The notes beneath the pieces are model-generated. The model was not told the origin of the DNA, searched no databases, and saw only the letters and a program-made list of their open reading frames with translations. Shown one piece after another: positions 1-9,957 of a stretch of DNA of 64,000 bases (position 1 is its first letter; each line of letters begins with the position of its first letter). The position numbers and the translations under genes were made by a program. This stretch comes from Coleofasciculus chthonoplastes F2-STO-03. GTDB taxonomy: Bacteria > Cyanobacteriota > Cyanobacteriia > Cyanobacteriales > Coleofasciculaceae. The stretch spans positions 96,001 through 160,000 of the forward strand of contig JAVJWO010000047.1 of NCBI GenBank assembly GCA_040222015.1, read 5' to 3'.

Positions 1-1409
1 GATCGTATCTGTTTTCTGAGTGGTTCCATTTACGCCTATCCCAGCGTCATTATCAAATGTGTTCTGTGTCCCTGTCGCAAAAAGTCATGTGTTTGACAGG
101 ACGCTTTTCCCTATTTCGGGCGGAGGCGGCGCTGCATCCTACATTTGCGGATCAGTTAGAACTGGATACGTTGGATGATTGGTTGTGGGGACAGTTTAAA
201 TTCCTCTCTGGCGACGATAAAACGACGTGGTATTGGCTACTGCGCCGAGGTTACGATATGCTTTATATCCCCGATGTGATTGTCTATTCCATTGAGACGA
301 TTTCTGGGTCATTAGTTGATCGCGCTTACCAGAATATGCGCCGTTGGTATGGGAATATGCTGCGGAACAGCGATCGCGCGATCGGCTTGGGTCCGGGTAA
401 GGCGGGATGGTTTATGTGGTATTGTCTCCTGGATCAACGGATTAGTTACTGGACGACTCTAATCACTCCCGGTTCGTTATCAATTTGTTTAGTTCAAGGA
501 TATTGGTTAGCCGCTGGACTCATTTTCTGTTGGATTCTTTGTACTCGACCGATCATTTTAACCATCATTTTCTGGGGGCGACAGTCTCGGCTTAAACCGA
601 TTCATTTACCTGTCTTTTTAATCGCCCAGTGGAGTTCCTGCATTATCAAAATCTGGACTCAGATGAACCTTGCCCAACAAAAGTGGTCGAATCGAGGCAA
701 TCAAAGTATATCAGCCGCCGGATCGGGGTTGGAACGGTTGGTTAAAGTGAGTGTGTCTCGTTTTCTTTATGTCTCCCAGTTATTTGGCTTTGTGATTATT
801 TTATGTTGGTTTGCTAGCCTTCTCAGTCCCTTACAAGATGTGGTAGGTTTATGGTCAAACAGTAGCTGGGCGATGAGTCAATCGGTTCCCCCTCAAATTA
901 TTGAAGCGATTGATCATGGAATTATTCCCAATGATGGTAAAGATGATGCCAAATCCCTCCAGGCGTTAATTAATCGTCTTTCGGGGGAAGACCCGGTTCA
1001 GATTAATTTACCCATTGGTGAAATTGATTTGTTTCATCCCATCGAAATTAATCGCAGTCACACGATTATTAAAGGGCAAGGGATGCGGCGAACGATTTTA
1101 CAAGCGCATATTAGTAAACCCGATACAGAAGCCGTTCTAGTCATGCGACCCCTAATCGAAAAACTGGATTCTCATCAGAATCGGATTCAGGATATACATT
1201 TAAGTGGATTTACACTCCGGAAAAAATCACCCAACTCAACTGAAAATATATCTGCTGTTAGCAGTATCATTTTGGAAAATGTAGTAGGGTCTTCGCTGAG
1301 AAACCTTGATTTAGCAAACAGTAGGAATCGGGCTTTAATCCTGCGTAATACGGAGGATGTAACTGTCGAGTATGTGTTGCCAGAGACAGCAATAAAGAAA
1401 AAGGAATAA
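1..1409 (+). CDS. Alg8-like processive GT2 polysaccharide synthase (5' end outside window) with C-terminal pectin-lyase-like beta-helix stub
   Basis: CLTGRFSLFR, SGDDK and NMRRW (QxxRW-like) motifs, several TM segments, C-terminal GIIPNDGKDDAKSLQALIN motif; frame is open from the window edge. Confidence 0.75.
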   Translation, partial: SYLFSEWFHLRLSQRHYQMCSVSLSQKVMCLTGRFSLFRAEAALHPTFADQLELDTLDDWLWGQFKFLSGDDKTTWYWLLRRGYDMLYIPDVIVYSIETISGSLVDRAYQNMRRWYGNMLRNSDRAIGLGPGKAGWFMWYCLLDQRISYWTTLITPGSLSICLVQGYWLAAGLIFCWILCTRPIILTIIFWGRQSRLKPIHLPVFLIAQWSSCIIKIWTQMNLAQQKWSNRGNQSISAAGSGLERLVKVSVSRFLYVSQLFGFVIILCWFASLLSPLQDVVGLWSNSSWAMSQSVPPQIIEAIDHGIIPNDGKDDAKSLQALINRLSGEDPVQINLPIGEIDLFHPIEINRSHTIIKGQGMRRTILQAHISKPDTEAVLVMRPLIEKLDSHQNRIQDIHLSGFTLRKKSPNSTENISAVSSIILENVVGSSLRNLDLANSRNRALILRNTEDVTVEYVLPETAIKKKE

Positions 1410-1508
1410 AAAGAATCTGATTTTCATATTCTTCAGGCTGACTACATCAAGTCCGGGCAATCGTCTGATCAGCCAACGCAATATGGCTCCGTTAAAGTTT
1501 TCGTCATT

Positions 1509-1595
1509 GGACTTACGCAAAACCTCTATGTGTAGGGTGTGTTAGCGTAGCGTAACGCACCTTTGCCACGATATGTGGTGTAGCTGCATAAGTCC
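1509..1595. mobile_element. MITE-like element GGACTTACGCA...TGCATAAGTCC; second copy at 58943-59026
   Basis: Imperfect terminal inverted repeats; core GTAGGGTGTGTTAGCGTAGCGTAACGCACCTTTG identical in both copies. Confidence 0.75.
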
Positions 1596-1630
1596 TGCGT
1601 CAGTCAAAAGACGCACTTGATATCAGCTCA

Positions 1631-1744
1631 CTAGTGCAGCGGGCGTAGAAATAACTAACTAGTTAACAAGCTACCTAAAAGCAGCTACCATAAGCCTTCT
1701 AGCCTTCTGCCCTCTGCATTCGGACTTCTGCCTTCTTGTACTAG
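1631..1744. mobile_element. CTAGTGCA...TG(C/T)ACTAG MITE-like element; related copies at 26344-26467 and partial at 15254
   Basis: Shared CTAGTGCAGCG start, inverted CTAG-bounded ends, internal short tandem repeats. Confidence 0.6.
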
Positions 1745-1946
1745 GTATTGATGGCGAGCAAGGAGACGTTGCCTGAGATTAACCAAGTTATAGTTTTGAG
1801 CCAGTTCCTGTCTGTGCTGTTGAGCTTTTTGGCGATTAACATGATTTTTTTTATTTTGACTTGACAAAGTGGCTCAAAACGGTAAGCTAATTAGCAATTG
1901 TATATTTTGAATCCTTTCGGTCGTCGTTGCTTTTGATCGCATCCAT

Positions 1947-2462
1947 TTGATCGCATCCAATGGACTTCTATCCGATGACAACCTTGCCATGCCAAGTTTA
2001 ACCTTGGCGAGTCTGAATCAACCAAGTGAAGAGAACTCTGATTCACTTGAATTGGATTGCCTCAAGTGGGAGGCAGAATTCTCATTTATCAGTTATGGGG
2101 TGCGTATTGGCGTTCGCGTCAATGAAGCAAGGATGCTGGAATGTCTTCCTGATTATTTGCCCCCCGGTTGGGAGCCTTCTACCTCACCCGATGTAGATCA
2201 ACTGTACTCGCTGATTGGTGATGAATCGAATTATCAACTCTGGCGCGATCGCGAGATACTGGCTGAAGCGAGTTTACCGAGTGTTGTTTCTGGTACTTTC
2301 CGGATGGCAGGGAAGCGGGGGGAAGCCGCAGCAGTAGCGGTAGCGTTGTTGCACCAATTGGATGATTGGATTGAGGATTCCTCCGATATTGCACCTGTCG
2401 CTTTAACCATCAAACCCGCGAACCTCCCAGAAGAAAAAAGAAAAGAAATGCGATCGCGCTAA
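1947..2462 (+). pseudogene. Probable internally deleted HPr-kinase-like protein
   Basis: N-terminal SYGVRIGVRVN...LPPGW and C-terminal GKRGEA resemble the two ends of HPr-kinase-like proteins; no P-loop between them. Confidence 0.4.
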
Positions 2463-2504
2463 TATTTAAGTTTTGAGATGGAAGCAAGCAACTGAGGAAA
2501 AATA

Positions 2505-3107
2505 ATGACGACGCTGCTAATTCAAACCCAAAGTGTCCCCCTGACGGTGAATTTTCCTGCTCTCAAATCGATTAGTGTTGAACAATTCTACGAATTCTGT
2601 CTAGCCAATCGCGATTTGAGAATCGAGCGTACTGCCAGTGGGGAAGTTATTATTATGCCACCAGCCTTTTCAGATACAGGGAATCGCAACATGAAAATTG
2701 CTCAACAAGTTGCGAACTGGGCAGAACAAGATGGTACGGGTGAAGTGTTTGACTCCAGCGCTGGCTTTACCTTACCCAATGGAGCAATCCGCTCCCCTGA
2801 TGGTTCATGGATTAAACTAGAGCGCTGGGATGCCTTAAGTGAGGAACAAAAAGCCTCTTTTGCACCGATTTGTCCAGATTTCGTAATTGAGTTACGTTCT
2901 CAGAGCGATACCCTTAGTGGATTGCGAAACAAAATGCAGGAATATATTGACAATGGTACATTACTCGGCTTGTTGATCGACCGCAAAAACAGAAACGTTT
3001 ATATCTACCGCCCCAATCAAGAACCGGAAATCTTGGAGAATCCTGAAACAGTCAGCGGTGAGCCAGTGCTACCAGGATTTGTCTTGCGGATGGCAAAAAT
3101 TTGGTGA
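2505..3107 (+). CDS. Uma2 (DUF820) family endonuclease
   Basis: ERTASGEVIIMPP, FDSSAGFTLPNGAIRSPD, PDFVIELRS motifs. Confidence 0.95.
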   Translation: MTTLLIQTQSVPLTVNFPALKSISVEQFYEFCLANRDLRIERTASGEVIIMPPAFSDTGNRNMKIAQQVANWAEQDGTGEVFDSSAGFTLPNGAIRSPDGSWIKLERWDALSEEQKASFAPICPDFVIELRSQSDTLSGLRNKMQEYIDNGTLLGLLIDRKNRNVYIYRPNQEPEILENPETVSGEPVLPGFVLRMAKIW

Positions 3108-3157
3108 TTGACTGTCCTAACCGTTGTGGCGGTTGCAATACAATCCAACATCCTATC

Positions 3158-3772
3158 TTAATGCAAATTTTGTTCACATCGCTGAAAAATATAGCGCAGC
3201 AACCCTAAAATCTCGTCGAGATGAGCAATTCCATAGAGTAATGTTTCATACACCTCACCTTCAGTTGTTAATTTATAAAACCGCCAACCATCTCCATTGG
3301 TAACGATTCCAAACACATCAATCTCCTGCTCGCGTTGGCGATTTTGCCAGGAACACGCTTGCATTTCTACTAAACACTCAGCTAATCCTTGCTCAAAGTT
3401 ATCTTTTTTGGCTTCAACAATACAGAGATAAGGAGATTCAATATAAGCCTTACGTTCAGTAATCAAATAATCAACATTTCCTGTAGTGATATCAGAGTCT
3501 AGAGCCGCCCCTTTCCATATTTTTAGTTTTTTATAGGGTTGGATAGCTTCTTCGCAAATTGCGTCAATCACTATTTTTTTAGATTCTTCATACTTTTGTA
3601 AATCAAAACATTGTAATCTAGCCCAGCGTTCTTGGAAAAAGGGACTGGGTGTAACAGGTTTACTATCAATATTCCAGGGTAATAATTCACTGATGCTTAA
3701 TTGCTTGAAGGCTTCTGTGGTATTAAAGCTAGCAAAGTTTTTTTTCTTTCGCTTTTTGGCATTTGACGACAT
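3158..3772 (-). CDS. Stand-alone PD-(D/E)xK protein, type I restriction R N-terminal-like
   Basis: GNVDYLI...IVEAKK...GIVTNGDGWRF motifs. Confidence 0.75.
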   Translation of the reverse strand: MSSNAKKRKKKNFASFNTTEAFKQLSISELLPWNIDSKPVTPSPFFQERWARLQCFDLQKYEESKKIVIDAICEEAIQPYKKLKIWKGAALDSDITTGNVDYLITERKAYIESPYLCIVEAKKDNFEQGLAECLVEMQACSWQNRQREQEIDVFGIVTNGDGWRFYKLTTEGEVYETLLYGIAHLDEILGLLRYIFQRCEQNLH

Positions 3773-3863
3773 TTTGCGCCTTCCTGGTTAAAAAATACGC
3801 CGAAGGGTGAGGGCTTTAGCTTAGAGTGAATGGCACACTCCTCGTATTCTGGTGGGCAATGCT

Positions 3864-3925
3864 GCTTTAATCATGCGTCATACGGAGGATGTAACTGTCG
3901 AGTATGTGTTGCCAGAGACAGCGAT
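3864..3925 (+). repeat. 62-bp copy of the 3' end of the alg8-like gene (1332-1393)
   Basis: Manual alignment, 3 mismatches. Confidence 0.95.
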
Positions 3926-4004
3926 TCGGGGAGAGTATAGCGGTTCTCAATTGCTAATACTATACCAAAAATCCGGTAAAATTATAAGTTAGTTTGATGA
4001 AGAG

Positions 4005-4289
4005 ATGAGCAACCTTAGTCCAAACACGATCCGGCGTCTCGCGACGCTCTTCGCTCCGGAAGATGCCGATGAAGCTACTCGGCTCCTCGAGCAAATAGAG
4101 GTCGGGAGTGGGTATGCCTATACCCGTCTTTGTGAGAGAATCTGTACTGCCGCGCTCAAAGTCAGCCAGGGCGACCTAGCGGAACTACGGAACGCGATAA
4201 AATTGGCTAAGATCGATTGGAGGGATCTGCTGGTCGAGGCTGGGTTCGCGGAAGACCCGCTGTTGCACGAGACCTGGTGGCCAGATTGA
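4005..4289 (+). CDS. Hypothetical 94-aa protein, GC-rich relative to its flanks
   Basis: ATG start; helical protein ending DWRDLLVEAGF...TWWP. Confidence 0.65.
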   Translation: MSNLSPNTIRRLATLFAPEDADEATRLLEQIEVGSGYAYTRLCERICTAALKVSQGDLAELRNAIKLAKIDWRDLLVEAGFAEDPLLHETWWPD

Positions 4290-4291
4290 AG

Positions 4292-4404
4292 GCAAATGTT
4301 GTTCACATCGCTGAAAAATATAGCGCAGCAACCCTAAAATCTCGTCAAGATGAGCAATTCCATAGAGTAATATTTCGTACACCTCACCTTGAGTTGTTAA
4401 TTTA
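4292..4404 (-). pseudogene. 113-bp copy of the 3' end of the 3158-3772 gene (3163-3275)
   Basis: Manual alignment, 5 mismatches; encodes LLYGIAHLDEILGLLRYIFQRCEQ. Confidence 0.9.
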
Positions 4405-4460
4405 GGGCTTGCTGCATGAGTGTGGAAGATAGACCAGATATAGTTTTGACCGCTACCTAA

Positions 4461-5636
4461 TTAACCCAAGATACTCGTGTATACCTCTTCCAGGCAAGCC
4501 GTGTTCCGCTGCAGACTAAATCGTTGCTCTACGCGCTGACGTGCCGCGATCGCAAACGCTCCCCTCATCTGTGTATCCTGCACCAGAATCAAGATACATT
4601 TTGCCAGATTTTGCCAATCCCTTTCTCGAACCAGAAACCCTGTTTCGCCATCCACCACAGCTTCAGGAATCCCCGCACTCCTAGAACTCACCACAGGTAA
4701 TCCCATCGCCATGGCTTCTAAAATAACTATCGGCAGCCCCTCTGTCTCTCCCCGATCAGTCGTGATACTTGGCGCACAGAGTACAGAAGCACAATTCATC
4801 CACATTTTAACCGTTTCTGGTGCTTGTACTCCCAGGAAACGGTAGCGACTTAATCCCTTTTTCGCTAACGTTTCTAAACTCTGACGCAGAGAACCATCGC
4901 CAATCATCACTAACTCGACATCGGGTCTAATTTTTTGCACCTCAGCCATTGCCCGAATTAAATAGTCGCACCCTTTTTTTTCAACCAAACGCCCCACAAA
5001 CAAAACCGTTGATTCTCGCTGAACCTGGGAATCCGGCATAAATTTATCGACATCAATGCCAATATAACCAACTTTCACCTTGTCCGCTGGACATCCTTTT
5101 TCTATCAGTTGAGAACGGATAAACTGGGAAACCGCAATTAAACAATCGGCTTCTCGAAAAAGTATCTCGCGCCTTCTCCCATAAAACTCCCGAAAAAACT
5201 GCCCCCGTCGCTGGAAAAAATCTTCCCCATATTCATACCACGTTTTTCCGCTTACCTCGATTTCCGCCGTGGCATAATAGCCATGGAATGTAACAACTAG
5301 CGGAATACCTAACTTCCGAGCTAAAGGTAATGCTAAAACGCCATCCAAGCCAAAATGAGCGTGAATCAAGCTAGGTGATAAATTTTTGATTCGCCTCAGC
5401 CAATTTGGATGAAGTACGCCAGCTAATTTATACGCTGTCTTCCACAAACCGGGCAAGGGTTTTTCATCATCCAAAACCAGGCAATTTTCCTTTAGTACCA
5501 TAGATTTAGCACTAGGCAGATAGGAAGAACCAACGTAGAACCCTTGATAAGACGTAAAACTTTCAACTTGAGCCGGAATAAACGTTTCTGAATAAGGTAA
5601 CAGTTGGTCGCGGTAAATAAGAACTATTTTTTTCAT
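4461..5636 (-). CDS. GT4 glycosyltransferase (WcaL-like)
   Basis: SETFI, HAHFG, FVGRLVEKKG, EGLPIVILEAMAMG. Confidence 0.92.
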   Translation of the reverse strand: MKKIVLIYRDQLLPYSETFIPAQVESFTSYQGFYVGSSYLPSAKSMVLKENCLVLDDEKPLPGLWKTAYKLAGVLHPNWLRRIKNLSPSLIHAHFGLDGVLALPLARKLGIPLVVTFHGYYATAEIEVSGKTWYEYGEDFFQRRGQFFREFYGRRREILFREADCLIAVSQFIRSQLIEKGCPADKVKVGYIGIDVDKFMPDSQVQRESTVLFVGRLVEKKGCDYLIRAMAEVQKIRPDVELVMIGDGSLRQSLETLAKKGLSRYRFLGVQAPETVKMWMNCASVLCAPSITTDRGETEGLPIVILEAMAMGLPVVSSRSAGIPEAVVDGETGFLVRERDWQNLAKCILILVQDTQMRGAFAIAARQRVEQRFSLQRNTACLEEVYTSILG

Positions 5637-5648
5637 TAATGATTTAGC

Positions 5649-6557
5649 CTATTTCGGCAGCAGAGGACGCAGGATCGACTTAGCTAGACTGCGAATTAAC
5701 GGAGGACCAGTCAACGGAGAGAAAGCCAGTTCTGGTGCAACGTTAGACGCTTTTAAATAACTCTGCCAAGCCGTTCTATAGTTCCCCTTTCTATATTCAT
5801 TTTCCGCGCTTTGCGACAAACGAGCGCTTTCTCGAATCCGGTTTCCCTTGGGTTGCTCTGTAGCCGGAAGGCTATCAATAAACTCCTGAAACACTTTTTC
5901 TCTGAGTTCTTCTATATTTTTCGGTCGCCACTGTTTACCGTGAACGCGGTAATCTAGTACAATATCTGGAATAAGAGCAACTTTACCCAATTTAGCCACT
6001 TTCAGCCAGAGTTGCCTATCCTCACAGATTATCAGATCGGGTCGATAACCCCCCACTTCTCTAACAACCGTTGTTCGGTATAAATTCTGACCTGAAATCG
6101 AAGACCAACCCGCCAGCAATTCCGACCAAATGAATTTCTCTAAATAAATGATTTGATGTTCTATTTTCAGGGCATAGTCACCCGCTTTAAATTTCCATCT
6201 TGCACCAACTGAAGCCACAAGGTTGTGATTTTTAACCAAAGGTTTGACTAAATTTGCTAAAGCATTTTGACGCAGTAAATCATCATCATCAAGAAACATG
6301 ATGAACTCTCCTCTAGCCTCTTTTAAGCCTCGGTTCCGTGCTGCCGAACGTTCATGATTTTCGGGTTGCTTAAATATCCTAATATTAGGTTGATTTCTGG
6401 TGGTTAGCCACGTCCAAGTTTCGTCTTCAGAAGCATCATCGACAATCAGAAGTTCCCAATTTTTAAAGTCTTGGGCTTCAACGCTAGCGACAGCTTCTTT
6501 GAGAAATTCCAGCCGATTATAAGTTGAAATTACCACAGAAACCAAGGGATGATGCAT
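5649..6557 (-). CDS. GT2 glycosyltransferase
   Basis: VSVVISTYNR, VDDAS, ARNRG, FLDDDD. Confidence 0.92.
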   Translation of the reverse strand: MHHPLVSVVISTYNRLEFLKEAVASVEAQDFKNWELLIVDDASEDETWTWLTTRNQPNIRIFKQPENHERSAARNRGLKEARGEFIMFLDDDDLLRQNALANLVKPLVKNHNLVASVGARWKFKAGDYALKIEHQIIYLEKFIWSELLAGWSSISGQNLYRTTVVREVGGYRPDLIICEDRQLWLKVAKLGKVALIPDIVLDYRVHGKQWRPKNIEELREKVFQEFIDSLPATEQPKGNRIRESARLSQSAENEYRKGNYRTAWQSYLKASNVAPELAFSPLTGPPLIRSLAKSILRPLLPK

Positions 6558-6567
6558 TACTTTTACC

Positions 6568-7470
6568 TCAAACGGTTAACCAGCTTGTTAAATCTTTATC
6601 AAGAAGCTCTTGAAGCTTCAATATGTCTTCTCGATACTCTTCTATCAGTTGTTTACGAACCTCTGGAAGCAGGGGAGGCTTGGGACGGCGGTTAAGGTTT
6701 AATAATCTGGATTTTACCGACTTACGTAATTCAGGTGAAACAAATTTACGCAAAAATGTACTGGTTGAATTGCGAGGATCGAGAACCTGACTTAGGGTTT
6801 TATTTTTAGGGATGTAAGTAACATTATGTTGCTTAGATACATCAGGAATAAAATTATCATCTACTTGCAAAAAAAAGAATATATCTTTCATCACGACATT
6901 AGGATCATTATTCAAGTCTTCATACAAATAAACCTTAATATGATCTGGGTCAAAAATATCAAAATAGCGTTTGATCTGACGGTAATAAAATCCTCTCTGT
7001 TTATAGTGCCACCAAGGCAACCAATTTTGATGAATCCTTTCTTTTTCTGCGACCAAAGCTTGAGCAAAATCTTCTATGAATTCGCGATTTTCCGCAATCA
7101 TATAGGTAAACTGTGAATAAGCTCTCTCAACTGGATCACGCAATATGGCAATTAATTTAACATTAGGAATGTAATAGTTAATACGTTCTGCTGCCTGGGG
7201 CTGATAAAGATACCAAGTTGAAGCCTCACCAATGGCAATTTCTGTTGATACATTTTCAAATAGACTTAGGTAGGCATTGAGGGTCGCATATCTCTTAATT
7301 TTTTCTACACCAGGACCTTGAAAATTTTCTACTGCTTGCCCATCAAGAGCAAAAAAATAAGGTTCTTTAACAGGACTCATATAAATTTGTGGGTGCTGCT
7401 CTAAGAAACGATAAAGAGCAGTTGTTCCTGCTTTTGCTGCACCGATAACTAAAAAATTAGGAAATGTCAT
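6568..7470 (-). CDS. Sulfotransferase
   Basis: PAPS-binding GAAKAGTT; KEPYFF; LRDPVERAYS. Confidence 0.93.
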   Translation of the reverse strand: MTFPNFLVIGAAKAGTTALYRFLEQHPQIYMSPVKEPYFFALDGQAVENFQGPGVEKIKRYATLNAYLSLFENVSTEIAIGEASTWYLYQPQAAERINYYIPNVKLIAILRDPVERAYSQFTYMIAENREFIEDFAQALVAEKERIHQNWLPWWHYKQRGFYYRQIKRYFDIFDPDHIKVYLYEDLNNDPNVVMKDIFFFLQVDDNFIPDVSKQHNVTYIPKNKTLSQVLDPRNSTSTFLRKFVSPELRKSVKSRLLNLNRRPKPPLLPEVRKQLIEEYREDILKLQELLDKDLTSWLTV

Positions 7471-7503
7471 ATTTTTGGGGTTTTGCTAATGAGATTATCT
7501 TAT

Positions 7504-8715
7504 TTATTTACCTAAAAGTGTATTAATTTTGGTTTGACCAATTCTGGCTCGTTTACACAAATCGTAGAATGCGGCTAAAAACTGAGATTGATTATGGTTG
7601 GCTAGAACCCATTCTCTACCTTCTTTACCTAAGCGAGTTCGTAACTCCCGATCCTCTATCAGGCAAGTCAAACCGTCAATAAACTTAGGAATACTGTCCA
7701 TCCCACTCCCATCCCAACGCCCCACATAAATCCCGAACCGAGACACGACATCTTGAGGATTAACACAACTTAACAAAGGAGTTTCACATTTGAGTGCTTC
7801 TTGGAAGCTGACAGCTAATCCTTCATGAATAGAGGTGTTAACCAAGACCCAGGCTGAAGCCAGAAGGCGAACTTTTTCTTCTCCTTGAACATGACCCATT
7901 AGTTTCACATTATCAGGTAAGTTATCGGGTTGCCAAGCCCCCTTGCCTTCAAAATGAGGTTGTCCCATAAAGATAAACTCGACATCCGGAAAATGGCTGG
8001 CTAATTCGGCAAAAAGCCAAGGGCGTTTATAGGGGTCAAGACGGGCTAAAAAAATGACGCTTGGTTTTTCACTTTTGACAATCTCTCCCGGTTCTATATC
8101 AATAATATTGGGCAAAAAATAAACTTCTGGCGGTTGTACTCCGTAAGTTCCTAAAACTTTATCTTTGAGAAAAGGTGCAGGAGTGGCAAAGAGAATCCGA
8201 CGCCCCATCCATTTTGATTGGTTAACGACTCCAGCAAAGGATGTACAGTCAAAGCATTTTAGCCCTAAGGGCAACATATTTTCTTGCCCCGGAATGCGTA
8301 CTGTATTAATTTTTTCGACATCTTCTGGCGGACGCGGATCACGTACCCAAAGAACGATAGGTGTGCGCGGTAGCAGCCAAAATAAAGGGCGATAATTTGG
8401 GCGGTAGTCAATCGATAGGATTAAGTCGATTTTTTCACTCCAAATGCGACGAGCATAAGCCCATTTATTGGGCTGACGCAGGATGAGAGGTGTTTGATGA
8501 ATTCGGGAATCGGGTTGACTAGATTGAGCGTAGGATTCACCCGCAATAAAGACGACATCCACGCCTAAGTTGGGATTAGCGTTAAAGCAGTTAGCCACTT
8601 GCCGTGTCGCCCAGCCAAATCCGCCCATGCGACTGACAGATAGATCGAAAAATTCGTTAGCAATTACACCTACTTTTAGATTTCCTTGGGAATGTTTGGG
8701 AGTTGATTGGTTCAT
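7504..8715 (-). CDS. GT4 glycosyltransferase
   Basis: FLARLDPYKRP, TSIHEGLAVSFQEA. Confidence 0.88.
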   Translation of the reverse strand: MNQSTPKHSQGNLKVGVIANEFFDLSVSRMGGFGWATRQVANCFNANPNLGVDVVFIAGESYAQSSQPDSRIHQTPLILRQPNKWAYARRIWSEKIDLILSIDYRPNYRPLFWLLPRTPIVLWVRDPRPPEDVEKINTVRIPGQENMLPLGLKCFDCTSFAGVVNQSKWMGRRILFATPAPFLKDKVLGTYGVQPPEVYFLPNIIDIEPGEIVKSEKPSVIFLARLDPYKRPWLFAELASHFPDVEFIFMGQPHFEGKGAWQPDNLPDNVKLMGHVQGEEKVRLLASAWVLVNTSIHEGLAVSFQEALKCETPLLSCVNPQDVVSRFGIYVGRWDGSGMDSIPKFIDGLTCLIEDRELRTRLGKEGREWVLANHNQSQFLAAFYDLCKRARIGQTKINTLLGK

Positions 8716-8748
8716 GAAATTAATAAATAATTAAATTTAGCGCCAAAA

Positions 8749-9690
8749 CTAACGTTTTCTCAAATAGAAAGGACTTGCTAAACTATTAACTAGCAATGAC
8801 ATTTCACTCGCAGCTACGATATCAGTCGTCATCACCCGGCGGTATTTTAACCAATGAATTGCGAGGCGACGAAAATCGTTAATCAGATACAAGAAAAACA
8901 TAAAGGGACGTTGCCATCGTTTATATCGTAGCATACGAGTATGATGGCGACCCCTGCCGATTCCCTGAAAAAACTGCTGTAAGTATTGCTTTTCCAAGCG
9001 GGTTTTGGGAATGTAATGCTCGATATGCATTTCCGAGTTATACCAAATTTCCCAGCCAGCTTTTTGTATGTAGATAAGGGCTTCTATATCTTCACCTTTT
9101 GCGGCTAAGGATTGACCAACTGGTCCTTGTAAAATCAAATATTTGGGGATGCAGTCTAACCAAGCCTGTTGGCGAATGACTAATCCAGCACCGGGGGGTA
9201 ATACTCCCTTGGCTCTGTAGGTGTTGAAACAAATGGTTTGTTGACGTTCAACGATAGGCAAAAAGCCAGCAATGCGTTCAAAGTTTTCCGGTGGAGGAAC
9301 TTCAAACGTTCCATGAATTTGACTGCCGTAAGCACCAGATTGGGGATGAGACTGAGCAAATAAGTAAGCTTGCGCTACCCAGTCTAATGCCGGTAAATTA
9401 TCGTCGTCTAGAAAGCCAATCAGAGGAGATTGAGCTTCTTGAATGGCGCGTTGCCTTGCATAATAGGCTCCTGGCTGGGATTCAAAAAAGTATTTGAGCG
9501 GAAATGCTTGAGTCCAGTTGCGTTGATAGTCTTGAATAATCTTTGCTGTATTGTCTGTACTGTTGTTATCGACGACAATAATTTCCCAATTGATATTTTC
9601 GGTGTCGCGCTGTGATCGCAGTCTTTCCAACAGGGCTGGTAAGTAATTTTCACGATTGTAAGTGCGAATAGCTACAGTAAATTCAGGCAT
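8749..9690 (-). CDS. hpsE: GT2, hormogonium polysaccharide glycosyltransferase HpsE-like
   Basis: FTVAIRTYN, VDNNSTD, FLDDDNLP, LPPGAGLVIR, GEDIEA. Confidence 0.75.
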   Translation of the reverse strand: MPEFTVAIRTYNRENYLPALLERLRSQRDTENINWEIIVVDNNSTDNTAKIIQDYQRNWTQAFPLKYFFESQPGAYYARQRAIQEAQSPLIGFLDDDNLPALDWVAQAYLFAQSHPQSGAYGSQIHGTFEVPPPENFERIAGFLPIVERQQTICFNTYRAKGVLPPGAGLVIRQQAWLDCIPKYLILQGPVGQSLAAKGEDIEALIYIQKAGWEIWYNSEMHIEHYIPKTRLEKQYLQQFFQGIGRGRHHTRMLRYKRWQRPFMFFLYLINDFRRLAIHWLKYRRVMTTDIVAASEMSLLVNSLASPFYLRKR

Positions 9691-9836
9691 TGAGTTTATT
9701 ATTTACTAATAATTTTTTGGGAATAGCATCATTAATTCAATGGTAATTTTTTTGGTTTGGGAGAAAAATAGTTTTCCGAAAATTTAATGAAAACTTCACA
9801 AAATAATCGCGATAAGTAGGTAGACACAATTAAGTA

Positions 9837-9942
9837 GAATGCCACTGACTGGTATGTTGGTGGGCAATGCCCACCCTACGGTATATCAAAGGTTTTGGTG
9901 ATTCCCTCTTTTTACTGGGGAGTTCTAAATTCAGTGCTATTC
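9837..9942. mobile_element. MITE-like element carrying the GGTGGGCAATGCCCACCCTAC palindrome; relatives at 60618-60712, ~16660-16738, ~29299-29344, truncated at ~3826-3862
   Basis: Near-identical cores; inverted ends GAATG(C)CACTGA...TCAGTGC(T/C)ATT. Confidence 0.75.
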
Positions 9943-9957
9943 GAGTGAATTTTTCGG

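Noticed and set aside
1685..1867. 60-aa ORF, superficially PirA-like
   Set aside because: The 3' third is translated MITE/STRR sequence and the similarity is too weak to call.
1332..4404. Duplicated gene 3' ends as DGR template/variable repeats (with the Avd-like gene at 28840)
   Set aside because: Mismatches (T/G, G/A, G/A, A/G, C/G; C/A, A/C, A/G) are not adenine-specific in either copy or strand, and no reverse transcriptase is in the window.
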